The notes under the pieces are model-generated. The model made no database searches, was not told where the DNA came from, and saw nothing but the letters and a program-made list of their open reading frames with translations. From Octopus bimaculoides (Eukaryota), in assembly GCF_001194135.2 (NCBI RefSeq), contig NC_068981.1, positions 39,368,411 to 39,416,316 on the forward strand: a DNA stretch of 47,906 nucleotides, given 5' to 3'. The position numbers were made by a program, and so were the translations under genes. Positions 1 through 11,986 of the stretch are shown one piece after another; within the stretch, counting starts at the first letter, position 1, and every line of letters begins with the position of its first letter.

Positions 1-216
1 TGGTGAATACAACCTTGTTATTTGTGCCATTAGTTCCTGTGAAACTGGTAAATTCAAACTGTCATAAATATAAACATCTCACGTTCATAGTTTACGTTTG
101 GTTTCTGAAATTTTGAATTTTCAATCACCTTTTGGTTTGAACTTGAGAAAGACAGACGTTCTGTCGAAATGTTGTTCAAAAAATAAAACATCTAAAATCG
201 CGCTCTTCGTTTTGAC

Positions 217-218
<2 letters not shown>

Positions 219-244
<26 letters not shown>
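219..244. repeat. (ATT)n microsatellite
   Basis: Direct tandem repeat immediately upstream of a SINE head. Confidence 0.95.
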
Positions 245-247
<3 letters not shown>

Positions 248-330
248 AGTGGTGAGCTGGCAGAATCGTTAGCCCTCCAGGTGAACTGCTTAGTCGCATT
301 TCTTCTATCTTCACATTCTGAACATTGCAA
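244..330 (+). mobile_element. tRNA-derived SINE family B, 3'-truncated head
   Basis: gtggtgagctggcagaatcgttagc...cacattctga matches the heads of the copies at 4354, 30132, 34216, 38604 and 39065; it ends just before the B-box. Confidence 0.8.
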
Positions 331-339
331 ATAAAAATA

Positions 340-1401
340 TCAAAAATAGTTTTGCAGCAGCAGCCGAAACCAAAAAACGATGTACCGTAGACCTCACAAA
401 TAGGGAGCAGATGCTCCCACAGGCATGGAAACTAAATTAAACAAGAGAACAATTGGGCAAATCTCACGATCCCATCAGAAGCAGTGGAGAGAAGAATGGT
501 GCTTTTCAGATACATCTCAGCAGGAACAAAAAGAACGGCTTTGATAACCCAAGTAGATATTGAGGCGGCGCCGAGGTGCCTCAGAAATGACATCGAATAC
601 AAAGCGAGGGGAAAACAATACGGCATCATTTCGGTGCGGTTTAAATCAGCTCTCGCTGTGAAACATTCAATGACACCTTGCAAAACCAGCAAAGTCATCA
701 TGTACCCCTCCTAAATGGGGAAACGTACAGCCCGTATCCGCATTCCTAAAATCTCTCCAGGACTAGATATTTGGTGGTTTCTGGGATGCGTAATCGTGGA
801 GGGGATGGATACTGTACCTATAGAGGTGACAAGAACTGCCAGGGAGGACTGTTCAGGGGTTTAAGCTGAAGATACTTCTCCAGATCAGACCCCAAAACAT
901 TAAAAAAATCCCAGACCACATCCGTTTCCAGAACTGGACGGTGATACATATCATGATTGAGGGCAAAAGGCCTTATTGTTTCAGGTGTGGAGAAACGACT
1001 CAAACTGCAGACACCACACTCACAGCACACACAAAAACAACAGAAACAACACCATCACCACTACAGTCAAGCAAACAAATTAAACAACACCAACACAAAA
1101 CACTCAACTTCGTACTCATCAGAAGGGACAAGGAACTGATGGCACTCGTAACACAAAACACGGAATTTGAAACGAGGAGGGGGTGATCTTCGAATCGAAC
1201 ACATTTCGTGTACCAGAAGATTTACTTCTGGTGCGAATGTCGCTCGATTCCTACACAAAAATTCGAGAGAATTTTCCGGAGGACGTGGGAACCCCGAACG
1301 TGAGACCCACATCGAGGCTCTTAAAGGAGTTCCCTATAAAGACCCTAACAACTATAGAGGTTGAGCCACCCAACTTTCACAAGACACCAGGAGATAAATA
1401 A
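340..1401 (+). pseudogene. ORF1 (gag-like) of the Tx1/L1 element, with stops and frameshifts
   Basis: ORF-track pieces 484-714, 941-1186 (IMIEGKRPYCFRCGE, degenerate zinc knuckle) and 1183-1401; SFAAAA near the start. Confidence 0.65.
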
Positions 1402-1431
1402 ACCTTTCCTTTCTCTCTTTAGCTTGCCAAC

Positions 1432-4067
1432 ATGGCCATACTAAGAGTAGGATTTTTAAATGTGTGAGGCCTGGAGTCATCCTGGAAGCAGGGACGCCTG
1501 CTCAACGACCTAAGGTCTCTAGAATTGGATATAATTGCTGTCAGTGAAACTAGGATTTCTAATACACGCGCACTGGCCCCCATGATCTACGGCTATCAGA
1601 TCTTTTCATCTGTTAATCAGCCGGGAATGGGAGGTGGAGTGGCGGTGCTGTTTAAGAAAGAACTTGATCTCGAGGTAAAGTCGATCTTCCGGGACCCAGA
1701 CGGGAAGTTGGTGGTCCCCGACGTGAGCAACAGGGAAGGTAGTGTCATTAGACTGGTGGCTGTCTACGCTCCTACCGGAGCCAAATGGCCAGATTTCTTT
1801 AGACGTCTGGAAGCCTTCCTAGATATGTCTCACCCTTTACTATTAGTAGGAGACTGGAACGGAATCTTAGATCAACGTTGGGACTGTGTGGGAGTAGCTG
1901 ATAGAAGATGGAGCTGCACAAGCCTCAAGCACCTGATCAGCCAGTTCCAACTATTTGACAGGTACCGACGAGATTTCCCTAATGTGCCAGTGTGGACCTC
2001 GACCAACTGCTTAGGGTTATCTAGGATTTTCACTAGAAAATAGTAACAGTGTAGGATGTCCACTTTTTAAAACGGTTGCCTATTCAAACCATAAGTTTGT
2101 AATCAGATAGATAAGACGCTAGGACCTGGTTACTGAAAGCTGAACATGTCGTTTCCTGCACATAAGGCTTACAGGAACTGGGTAAGCAATTTAGCTAAGC
2201 AGAAGTTGACTGGGGGGGTCGTCAACAACAGGTGGTGGGCGACTCTCAAAAGGGAGATTAGAGTAATATCGATAGGGTTTAGCAAAGAAATAGCGTTAGA
2301 AAAAATAGAAAAGCAGAGGGGTTAGTAGCTAAACTAGACGAAGCTATGTGTAGTGGCAAACATGAAGCTTGCATTGTCAGAGCTAAGGCGCGTGCTGTAA
2401 GAAATGAGGGGATCAAAGCTGTTTGATGGGACCACGTGGCGGAGACGCAGCGTGTTAACAAAACCACAATTCGGTCTTTGACGAACCGAGACAGACATTA
2501 GCTGAGTGATTCCAGGCAGATGTCTAAGGCCTTTCGCCAGCACTTTGCTCAGTTGTTCGGAGAGGGAGGTGAGGCAGGGATGGTGGCAGACTTCAGTTCC
2601 TACCTCAACGGCTTACTGCGTCTTCGACGGCAGACGCTGGGCGCTGTGAAAGGCAAATAAATTCAGCTGAAATTCAGGATGGCCCTTGTCAGTTGCAAGA
2701 GGCACAAATAACCAGGTTTAGATGGTCGCTCCTATGAACTTTACGTAAATATGCCAGACTTGTTTCCTGATCTCCTCGAAGCGCTCTACATCAACTGATA
2801 GCAGAACGGAAGTATTCCCAATTCTGTGATGTAGATATGGAAAGATGAAGACAGGAGGGACACATTAGATAATTTCAGGACCATAACTCTGCTTAACACA
2901 GAGTTTAAGATTTTGGCCAAGGTATTAGCAAAGAGGTTGGCACTTGCCATCGAGGATTTGGTTGGGGAGGCACAAACCTGTACAATCCTGACTAGGTCCA
3001 TACACGACAACTTCCACCTCGTGTGATGCATCATAGAAAAGGTAGGGTGTAAACTTGGCTTCGGTGGAGTGCTGATCATTTTAGATCAAGCGAAAGCATT
3101 CGATAGGGTCCACCATCAATATCTGGAGGCTGTCCTCAAAGCGGCTGGCTTCGACTCTGTCTTCAGAGGTTGGATCGCTGCAATGCACAACGGCGTCTGC
3201 TCGGTGGTCAAAATTAATGGCCACTTCTCGGAAATGTTTCAGATCTCCCGATCGGTCCATCAAAGATGCCTTCTCTTCTCTCTTCTGTACGTATTAACGC
3301 TTGAGCCTCTACTGCAGAAGCTGGAGCTGCTGCAGGGCATCTCGCTCAGACCGGGACGCAGGAGAGTTGTGTTGGCGTATTCGGACGACATCACCGTGAT
3401 GGTGTCGGACACCCCAGAAATCGAGGTGGTCGGTACATCATTGGAAGAATAGGAAAAGTTAACAGGAGCAAAATTTAACCCGGAAAAGTCAGTGGGCTTG
3501 CAACTCAGCATTTGGCGAGGCACGTCCATGCTGTCCAAACAGCGTCGTTGGGCGCTGGACAGACAGACTGGTTAAGTTGCTTGGGGTTTTGTTCGGATCA
3601 GACCTCCAGATGGATAAACTCTACAGGTACAAAAGTGCTGTCAGACGGACCTGCCCGAGATGCGCCAGAATGACGAAGCTGTTCTGCACGCACTCGTCTA
3701 GTGTCCTTGCATTACTGACTTGTGGAGTTATGTTGAACAGCTGTTATCACATGCAGGACCGATCCAGCTATCGGCCGAGTCTATAGTGAAGATCGATCCA
3801 CCACTTTCGATCGGTCCGGAAGGGCAAGCAATTTTCCTCTGTCTGATAGCAATAGTGAAAGAGGTTGTATGGTGGACCAGGTTGAAAGGACTGAAGACAG
3901 ACACTTTTCTCTTCAGCCAATCAGTCATCAACTTTTTCAAATTTCATTTGTAAAAGAAGATGAGGGTGGAGAGAGAAGTGCTGCCTCTCAGTACATTTGC
4001 TAAAAGGTGGATAAAAGTAGCAAAAATGGCACCTGTGAGTGGACCTACTCTAATAATGCACCTGTAG
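1432..4067 (+). pseudogene. ORF2 (APE endonuclease + reverse transcriptase + CCHC) of the Tx1/L1 element, disrupted and internally deleted near 3620
   Basis: MAILRVGFLNV*GL (ATG 1432), DIIAVSET, VAVYAP, LLLVGDWN, FRPITLLNTEFKILAK, LDQAKAFDRV, LAYSDD, TCPRC..HAL..CP; final stop TAG at 4065-4067. Confidence 0.9.
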
Positions 4068-4353
4068 ACTAGCTAATTTGAGAGGGAGAAGGATGCTGTT
4101 CCCAGATGCCCTCAAAGCGTCGAGTGGTTCAGGAGTGGTGGGGTACCTGAGCCAACTCTAGGTGGTTACCTCCCCCTATTGGGGAACTTTCATTGTTATA
4201 TTCTCTTGTTGGATATCATTGTTATACTTTTGTGTACTCGTTGTTTTTGTGTAAAATCCCCACTGTCCATGTCTACTGTATCGTCCCCTATAAGTCAACC
4301 CTAGTGACTAATAAATAAAATAATAATCATTATTATTACTAGTATTATTATTA

Positions 4354-4510
4354 AGGTGACAAGCTGGCAGAATCATCAGCACACCAGGCAAAATGCTTGG
4401 TGGCATTTTGTCTGACATAAAATAAGTACTAGTTGAGTACTAGGTCAATGTAATCTCGACTACCCTAAAATCCCAGGCTTTGTGCCTATATTAGAAAGGA
4501 TTATTATGAT
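4354..4510 (+). mobile_element. SINE family B with internal deletion
   Basis: aaggtgacaagctggcagaatc head, ataagtactagttgagtact...ttgtgcctatattagaaagg tail, (ATT)n on both sides. Confidence 0.8.
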
Positions 4511-4541
4511 TATGATTATTATTATTATTACTATTATTATT

Positions 4542-5075
4542 TATTCAGTGAGAGAGCAGTGTATGCCATCAAAGTGACACTGGGGTAAAATATACAAAGC
4601 CCAGTATACCCATCATGACTACCCATCTGATAAGGGTGCACTAGGCACATGCATCACAACCATATGCGCACAATATGGTGATCTTATATCAAGATAAAGT
4701 ACACATGATCTTGCATGTGGGGCCCAGTTGGAATTTTATTCAGGTCAAGTAGCCCATCCCACTCAAAAGGTCCTTGAATAAGGTTTATTTAAGGATGTTG
4801 AAAAAAACACCCATTTTACCAAAGCTGAATTATCCAAACCCCATAGTATTCCTCTTAACACATGGCTATGATGCTCCCCAACTACTTCTGCTCATGATCA
4901 GAGATGCACATATTGTCAGCCACTAAGGCTCATGCTCAACTGGTTAAAGTCAAACAATTGACAAGCAAATCTGTGGTATTAAGCAGAATATTTGCTGTAG
5001 CTCATCTTTTATACCAAGACAAAACAATTAAGATCAGAAGCCATGAGTGCCACTGCGTGGTACTGCATCAGACCG
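4542..5075 (-). mobile_element. Interspersed retroposon segment with (TAA)n tail, family unassigned (probably a LINE 3' region)
   Basis: Ends on the minus strand in ctctctcactgaataaataataat; bounded by ATT repeats on both sides; a homologous piece recurs at 39421-39548. Confidence 0.65.
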
Positions 5076-5076
5076 A

Positions 5077-5112
5077 TTATTATTATTAGTAGTAGTGGTG
5101 GTGGTGGTGGTG

Positions 5113-5158
<46 letters not shown>

Positions 5159-5160
5159 GG
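5077..5160. repeat. Compound trinucleotide repeat (ATT)(AGT)(GGT)(AGT)
   Basis: Directly visible. Confidence 0.95.
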
Positions 5161-5399
5161 TGGTGGTAATATTGTTAAAACTTTTCCATCTGCATTATAT
5201 AAGTAGTGTCATAATAGTTTGCTAGCCTTCTACATGACTTTGTCAAGTATTCATGCAGAATACAAGATAACTATTCTTGCAAGGTACAGGATATCAATTC
5301 CAATATCTTCCAGCCTCTCACCAAACCACTTTGATATTCATACCAATGGTATTATGTCTACAGGAATAACTCTCATTCACATAGCTCAGAGTTTTATTT

Positions 5400-7100
5400 T
5401 TCATTGTTTAGTAAATTCTAGATTCTTTTCAATCTTCTGGCTGTCATATTTCTTTCTATTGTATTTTATTTGCTTCTGCTATCACATGGTACAGCCATGT
5501 TTTATGATTATATCTACTCCTGTGTAACATGAATTTGCTTTAAAAAATTCACAACATATTCTGACTAGTGATATTGACAATTTTCTGCTAAACTCTCTGT
5601 ATAACTTCCTTCTTATTATATTGTATATTCTATACTTTTTGAAGCATCTTGCTACATTTACAAAATATATGGTTGATAAATTCATCTATATTCATCATTT
5701 ATTATATTTCTGGTTTCTGTTTGATTCTGCTTTAATAATGTTTGATTTGCTCTTGTGCAGCCAAACTCAGGATTTTTTTACCTCTTTAAAATTCCTTATT
5801 CCAGCCAAGTCAAATATTTTATTTTTATTTTTATTTATTTGATAAACCGCTATTATCTTTTTTCTTTCTTTTAGTAGTAAACTTTTCCTCTTCTTATATT
5901 TCTCTCTGTATGTACGAACCTTCATGGCTCAATATATAGTTATCTTTTCACCCTCCTAACATTTTCTAACATAGTTCCCTAATTACTACGTGTTCTGTGT
6001 TTGTTACATTGAGTAGCCAATTGTCTCTCATTTTGTTTTTTTGTTTTTTTGTTGCTTTTTTTTTTGGTATGAACCATCTACAAAGATTGCTTCATGGATT
6101 TAAGCCACTGTGCATTGTTAATAATGTTTTGCTATGTCTATACCTTTCATATGATTTTTTTTTCCATCCTCGCAAGAAAGGCTTCAGAATATTTTATTAC
6201 AGGTTTTGTCCCAGATTTTACCACTTTAATGGGGTTCCATACATCTATTTTTACTTCTAAGATCTCTTTGATCCTCCTTTTGCCTCATTTTCGAACTTTA
6301 CCTTTCATTTCCATCTGCTTCAACATATTATTTTGTGATATATCCAAATATATTTCTCACTTCCCTTTGATAGCATATTCTTTCATTAACTAGAAGGTGG
6401 ATTCTTACAAATATTACTCATTTCCTCTTCCTATCACAAACATGGTACACTTTTTCCATAGCCCATGGTATCCAAATATTTCTGCTTGCAATTATGACAG
6501 TCTTCTGGCCTGTAGCTCCTAATATTTAGAGTAACGATTGAAGTAATACAGGATCATTAGATAATTCCTTAATTAAATTTGGTTCAAAGTAATATCATAT
6601 AAAGCTTGGGAGAAAGAATTTCCTGATATAATACTTCTTTTAATTTCAGTATTACATACCACTTTGATTCAGTAAGACTTTGTGTACACTTTGAAATTTT
6701 TACATTATATATGCCAAATATTTTGAAGCACCTTGGGTGCCAATAACAGAATATTATATTATATGATTTTCTCTATCAGTTCATCTTATAGGTTTTGCTT
6801 CCTATTATTCATTAACTGAAGTATCATTTTGCTAATATACAACTCATTAGTTCCTTGTGATTATCTTTAGCATCCTTTCTGACCCTTCAAATGATGTGTT
6901 TCATTTTCATGAAGGAGCATGCAACATTCACTGTGAACTCTCTCTCTAGTTTCTATGTCACTAGTAAATATATACTGAGACTGGTGTTGCTCACTTTAGT
7001 TCTATATTTTGTTATCCATGATAGCATATTTTCTGTTAAAAGGCATTTTATCAAGTTGGAGTGGACACTAATGAATTTTTTCAACTTCATCTGTGCTTGG
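5400..7100 (-). mobile_element. Very old R4/Dong-type RT remnant
   Basis: Minus-strand degenerate motifs in the expected order: YKNPQAQMK (NWKSPGxD) near 7070, EIKRSIISGNSFSQALY (IKRGIFQGDSLSPLLF) near 6600, GLWKKC (FGLDKC) near 6455, SKTLLTMH near 6115. Boundaries approximate. Confidence 0.55.
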
Positions 7101-7402
7101 GGATTTTTATATTGATATTTTTTTAAACAATATTATGTTAACTATATATATGGTCTTGAATTTTGAAATTCTGTCTGCAATTGCTGCTGTCAGTTAGCAT
7201 ATTCTATAAGTTAGGGTTTGTTACTCTAAATACTTTGCCAAAAGTTATTTGGACAATCATAAGGACTTCCATACTCAGTGACCCAGCAACAAGATTTGCT
7301 TAGTGGGTACAAACCCAGGTCTAGATTTTTTTATGAAAAATGTGGATTTTTTCAATGTTAACATTAAGTCAAATTCAGATATAATAATAATTTTTATTAT
7401 TA

Positions 7403-7897
7403 TGAAGGTCAGCTGAAATGTTCATAGGTTGAGCAAGACATTCTCATGGAATGTGACCAAATGAAGTTCATTTTTTAATGTAGTTCCTCTTACTCTCCAC
7501 ACACTTCCATAAGCAGTTGCAGTGCTTGGATCACACTGGTGAAGAAGCTATTTTGTTCGTCAAAAAGATCATTAACAGCAGATAAGACATCATCATCACA
7601 GAGACATTGGTGCCCAGCTGAGTGTTTTTCTGTGTTGGGAACCAGATGATAACCAGATGGAACCAATCACTAATATTGGGAGGGTGATCAACCAGTTCAA
7701 AGCCAGTCATGCACAGCAGCCATTGAAACCAAGGACTTGTGTGCTGAAGCATTGTCCTAATGAAACAAGACCCCATTTATCAGTTTTTCTGGGTGTTTGG
7801 TCTTGATAGTCTGTCATAACTGCCTTGTTGGCATTGAACTTACCATTGATGGCGTGATCATTTTGAAGGTAGTCAATAAACACAACATTTTTTGCAT
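7403..7897 (-). mobile_element. mariner (DD34D-type) transposase C-terminal half plus 3' TIR, decayed
   Basis: KNVVFIDYLQ, GVLFH*DNASAH, GFELVDHPP, then the GDYVEK-like end; TIR-like ttcagctgaccttca next to TA at 7401-7402. Confidence 0.85.
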
Positions 7898-8649
7898 TAA
7901 TGTATAGTATATGTAATAATGTGAAGTATATTTTGCATATCAAAATGTTTAATTTTGAAAATATATCAAGTGAAGAAAACATAAGCAGTAAAAATACAAA
8001 TTGCAAATATTTCAAAATGTGGGACACTATGTGACAAAAACTAACAAAAAAGGAAGAAAATAGAGGTGCCTGTGTTCCAAATGTACAATGAGAAGGCTCA
8101 GGAGAAGGATAGAAAGATGGGATGAAAGATAGAAGGAAAGACAAGAATGAAATGTGAAAAGATAAACTGGGGGTCTGAAATGAATGGATCTGGCTAAAAG
8201 CCTCCTAGGACAAAAGCCCCATAGTTAAAGTGTTAAAGCTGGTGCTGCTTGTACAAATTGCATGTTTAGTTGCAGGTAAATGAGTGAAATTGCAGTTACT
8301 GCATATACATAGTCTCTTGCATTGAGAAAACTGGTATATTTTGGGGTATCATGCATTTGTAGATTTTACTTTACAGTTGGCAGATTTATTGCAGAGCTGT
8401 GAAGTATACATTTAAATTGAAGTGGACAGTGGTGGCAAGAAAGGTGTAATAGTAGTGGTTATGGTTGTAGCAGTAGAATATAATGGCAATGATGATGATA
8501 ATGGTGATGATTGGTCAGTTGTAGTATTCAGAGAAAATGAAGAGTGTGGATAGCTGGACAGTGAAGGGCTTTTCATTGCGGAGTGCTAGTTTTGAGGAGT
8601 GACCATACTGCTGGTCATGCTGTTGTTGTTGCTGTCGTTGCATGCTGCT

Positions 8650-8864
8650 ACTCTTTTACTCTCTCTTTACTTGTTTCAGTCATTTGACTGCAGCCATGCT
8701 GGAGCACCGCCTTTATTTGAGAAAATCGACCCCGGGACTTATTCTTTGTAAGCCTAGTACTTATTCTATTGGTCTCTTTTGCTGAACCGCTAGGTAACGG
8801 GGGGGCGTAAACACACCAGCATCGGTTGTCAAGCGATGCTGGGGGGACAAACACAGACACACAA

Positions 8865-8895
<31 letters not shown>

Positions 8896-9067
8896 CATAT
8901 ATACGACGGTCTTCTTTCAGTTTCCGTCTATCAAATCCACTCACAAGGCTTTGGTCAGCCCGAGGTTATAGTAGAAGACACTTGCCCAAAGTGCCACGCA
9001 GTGGGACTGAAACCGGAACCATGTAGTTGGTAAGCAAGCTACTTACCACACAGCCACTCCTGTGCCT
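8650..9067 (-). mobile_element. tRNA-derived SINE family A, full length
   Basis: A-box-like GTGGCTGTGTGGTAAG, B-box-like GGTT(T)CAGTCCC, internal (TA)/(TG) microsatellite, (GTAAAAGA)n-type tail; near-identical copy at 30753-31154. Confidence 0.9.
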
Positions 9068-9295
9068 ATACTATCTATCAGTATTTTAAATTTTGATGTT
9101 GATGATGCTTTTAGTTCAGTAGTATATTCTTTTAGAGAATTCCCTTGGGAATTTTATGACCAGCTTCACCAGTTAACATTTTTGACTTTTTATTTATTCG
9201 TTTTTGTCCTTTGTACTTGTTTTGAGAAGAAACCTAACTTCAAGCAACTTTTTACAGATCAATTTTTAGACACTATTTTCTAAACTTGGCAAAGT

Positions 9296-9385
9296 ATGTA
9301 GGGGGTGTAAATTTTGATTTTGTACCCGTTAAAAACTTTAATGGGTGCACTTGCACCCCCGGCACCACCTGTTCCTGGGCCCTTG
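9296..9385. mobile_element. Small GC-rich nested-hairpin element, possibly a DNA-transposon (hAT-like) terminus
   Basis: Outer inverted repeat 9301-9310/9351-9360, inner 9321-9333/9337-9349, ends in ...cctgggccct(tg); GC island in very AT-rich DNA. Confidence 0.4.
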
Positions 9386-10940
9386 TCCATACTTTGAAAC
9401 CATAAAGTTTGTAATTGTTGGTGAAAATATAATAAATTAATTATAGATACATTCTCAAAAGATATTGATCACTGTTAGCACTTAGAACAATACATCGGTT
9501 TTTGTTAATAATTAAAATATATATCTGTAGCCTCCTTTACAAATTTAATATTGTGTAAATGATTAAACTTTGTGCATAGGTACTTCAAATTCTATTCAGC
9601 AAATATTATTTCAACTCATGAAAATTATTTTCCTGACAGAAGAGTAAATTTGAAAAACAAATAATTATAAATTGATCAGACATGTCAATGGAAATTTAAT
9701 GAAGGAAACTTATGTGAAAATATGTGAAGAGTATGAGTATCTTATTAAGGTAAAATATTTACACAAAAGAAAATTTGTGTCTCTTTGGAAAATTTCACAA
9801 GAAAGATAAATTTAATATTGAATTGTATAAATATGCTGTTTTGGAATGCCTTCGCTATTCATTTTAACTTTTTAACTTTTAATTTGGTAATAGTTCTATA
9901 ATTTACATAGATATGTCTTAGAAGAAGAAAGTTAATATTTATGAAGCATTGCTTGAACATTGAAATATATTTTGACATTAAATTCAATTTCAACCATGAT
10001 CAAATGAGACATGATGAATTTTGATAAACAGAAAATTTGAAGGGAGAAAAATCTTAAAATTTAATCTTTTATTAGGGATTTATTCTCAAGTGGTGGAAAG
10101 GTATACCTAGCAGAAATAGTATTATCATTGCATATCAATTAATTTAATTATTGCTTTGTGAAATCAAGTAAAGGATATACCAGGAAATTTTAAGAGCAGA
10201 TTTAATCATATATATAAAGTAACCTGTTTGAATGATCTTTTGTTTTCCTATCTTATACTTTGATATATTTAGACAAATTTCCAATTTATCTTTGTAGATA
10301 GCAATATTTAATTCATTTCCTAAATTTATACTGTTTATTTAATAGAAATATTAAATTATGTCCAGGAAAAGGAAAATGAGCAGGTAAAGAGATTGATTTT
10401 GATGCAAAGAATCAGAAAGATTTACTCTGAACAGAAAGCTATTTGATTATTGTAACTATCTGATTATTTCTTTCCTATTTTGGAGTATTTAATTCACCAA
10501 AAATCATATAAATTATCAATAAATAATTAATTAAAAGAATAAAATTTGATTCCATTTTGGCAATTGTTTTGATACTCATATTGTCATCATCTTCTTCACC
10601 ATCTTTTTACTGAGAAATATTTTCCCCCCATTTTCCCATTCATAATATAAGAGCGATCTGCATTGACTACTAACTACTGTTCCTTCAGCCTTCAAATTAT
10701 TAACCATTTTGCCATATTCTATCTTTCCTACTGTATTTCTAAAAGTTTAATCCATTCAGCTATTTTGATCAAACTTTGTTTTTCCCATTTTCTTCATGAA
10801 TTTTCAAAAAAATGTTCTTTAAAATTAATATTTCCATATAGGGGTATATTAATATGACAATGTTTATAATAATAGGTAGCACACTGATCATTGTCATTAA
10901 TTATTTCAACACTGGTGACAATTATATTTAAATGTTTATG

Positions 10941-10943
<3 letters not shown>

Positions 10944-10974
<31 letters not shown>

Positions 10975-11382
10975 NNNNNNNNNNNNNNNNNNNNNNNNNN
11001 NNNNNNNNNNNNNNNNNNNNNNNNNNNNNNNNNNNNNNNNNNNNNNNNNNNNNNNNNNNNNNNNNNNNNNNNNNNNNNNNNNNNNNNNNNNNNNNNNNNN
11101 NNNNNNNNNNNNNNNNNNNNNNNNNNNNNNNNNNNNNNNNNNNNNNNNNNNNNNNNNNNNNNNNNNNNNNNNNNNNNNNNNNNNNNNNNNNNNNNNNNNN
11201 NNNNNNNNNNNNNNNNNNNNNNNNNNNNNNNNNNNNNNNNNNNNNNNNNNNNNNNNNNNNNNNNNNNNNNNNNNNNNNNNNNNNNNNNNNNNNNNNNNNN
11301 NNNNNNNNNNNNNNNNNNNNNNNNNNNNNNNNNNNNNNNNNNNNNNNNNNNNNNNNNNNNNNNNNNATATATATATATATAG
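10944..11382. other. (CA)n - assembly gap (N 10975-11366) - (AT)n
   Basis: Run of N flanked by dinucleotide repeats. Confidence 0.98.
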
Positions 11383-11605
11383 TTGTGTGTGTGTCTGTGT
11401 TTGTCCTCCCACCATCGCTTGACAACCGATGTTGGTGTGTTTATGTCCCCATAACTTAGCCGTTTGGCAAAAGAGACTGATAGAATAAGTACTAGTCTTA
11501 CAAAGAATAAGTTCTGGGGTTTATTTGTTCGACTAAAAGTAGTTCTCTAGCATGGCCACAGTCAAATGATTGAAACAAGCAAAAGAATGAAAGACTAAAA
11601 GAAAA
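11383..11605 (+). mobile_element. SINE family A, 3' half
   Basis: gtgtctgtgtttgtcctcccaccatcgcttgacaaccgat...gaaacaagcaaaagaatgaaag; the 5' half may lie in the gap. Confidence 0.88.
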
Positions 11606-11986
11606 GAATACATCTGATTCAAGCAACAAATAACATAATTATTTGATAACTTCCTAGAAGAAACAACTTAGAACTAAAATTTTGTGTTTTAGCCAGAAAT
11701 TGATCAGCTAGAAATAGAAACCAAATCTCCCTCAAATCACATTTATCATATAAAAAAAAGGGGTTACATTGAACATCGTGGTTCTTGATATACTGCCAGA
11801 AAATCTAAACAAAATTAAATGTTCATGCCAGGAAAACTTTTTGTTTGTACATCTGCTTTATCAGTGTTGAGCGAAGATTAAACAGCAATACCAGCAGCTA
11901 GTGAACAGCTCAGAAGAATTGTATCAAGACTACTGTAGAATACCTCAAATGACCAAATATAACATGATAGAGTAGAAACACTATAT

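Larger units (their letters stand above)
331..4320 (+). mobile_element. Near-full-length, decayed Tx1/L1-clade non-LTR retrotransposon
   Basis: ORF1 with a CFRCGE knuckle remnant, ORF2 with AP endonuclease, RT and C-terminal CCHC motifs in the correct order, 3' UTR ending in AATAAA and an A/AT-rich tail at 4310-4330. Confidence 0.88.

Noticed and set aside
244-4420. SINE B heads on both sides of the Tx1 element as a giant target-site duplication
   Set aside because: The two heads differ at many positions and have different downstream structure; they are more simply independent insertions into ATT tracts.
4627-4700. CTGATAA as a hammerhead core
   Set aside because: No GAAA and no stem II/III arrangement follows.
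8990-9067. tRNA genes at the SINE heads
   Set aside because: Only A/B-box-like remnants are present, with no complete cloverleaf; they are part of repeated SINEs.
10891-11459. Long ORFs (157-175 aa) in the ORF track
   Set aside because: They are translations of N-gaps and dinucleotide repeats; the same applies to the ORFs at 23150-24236.
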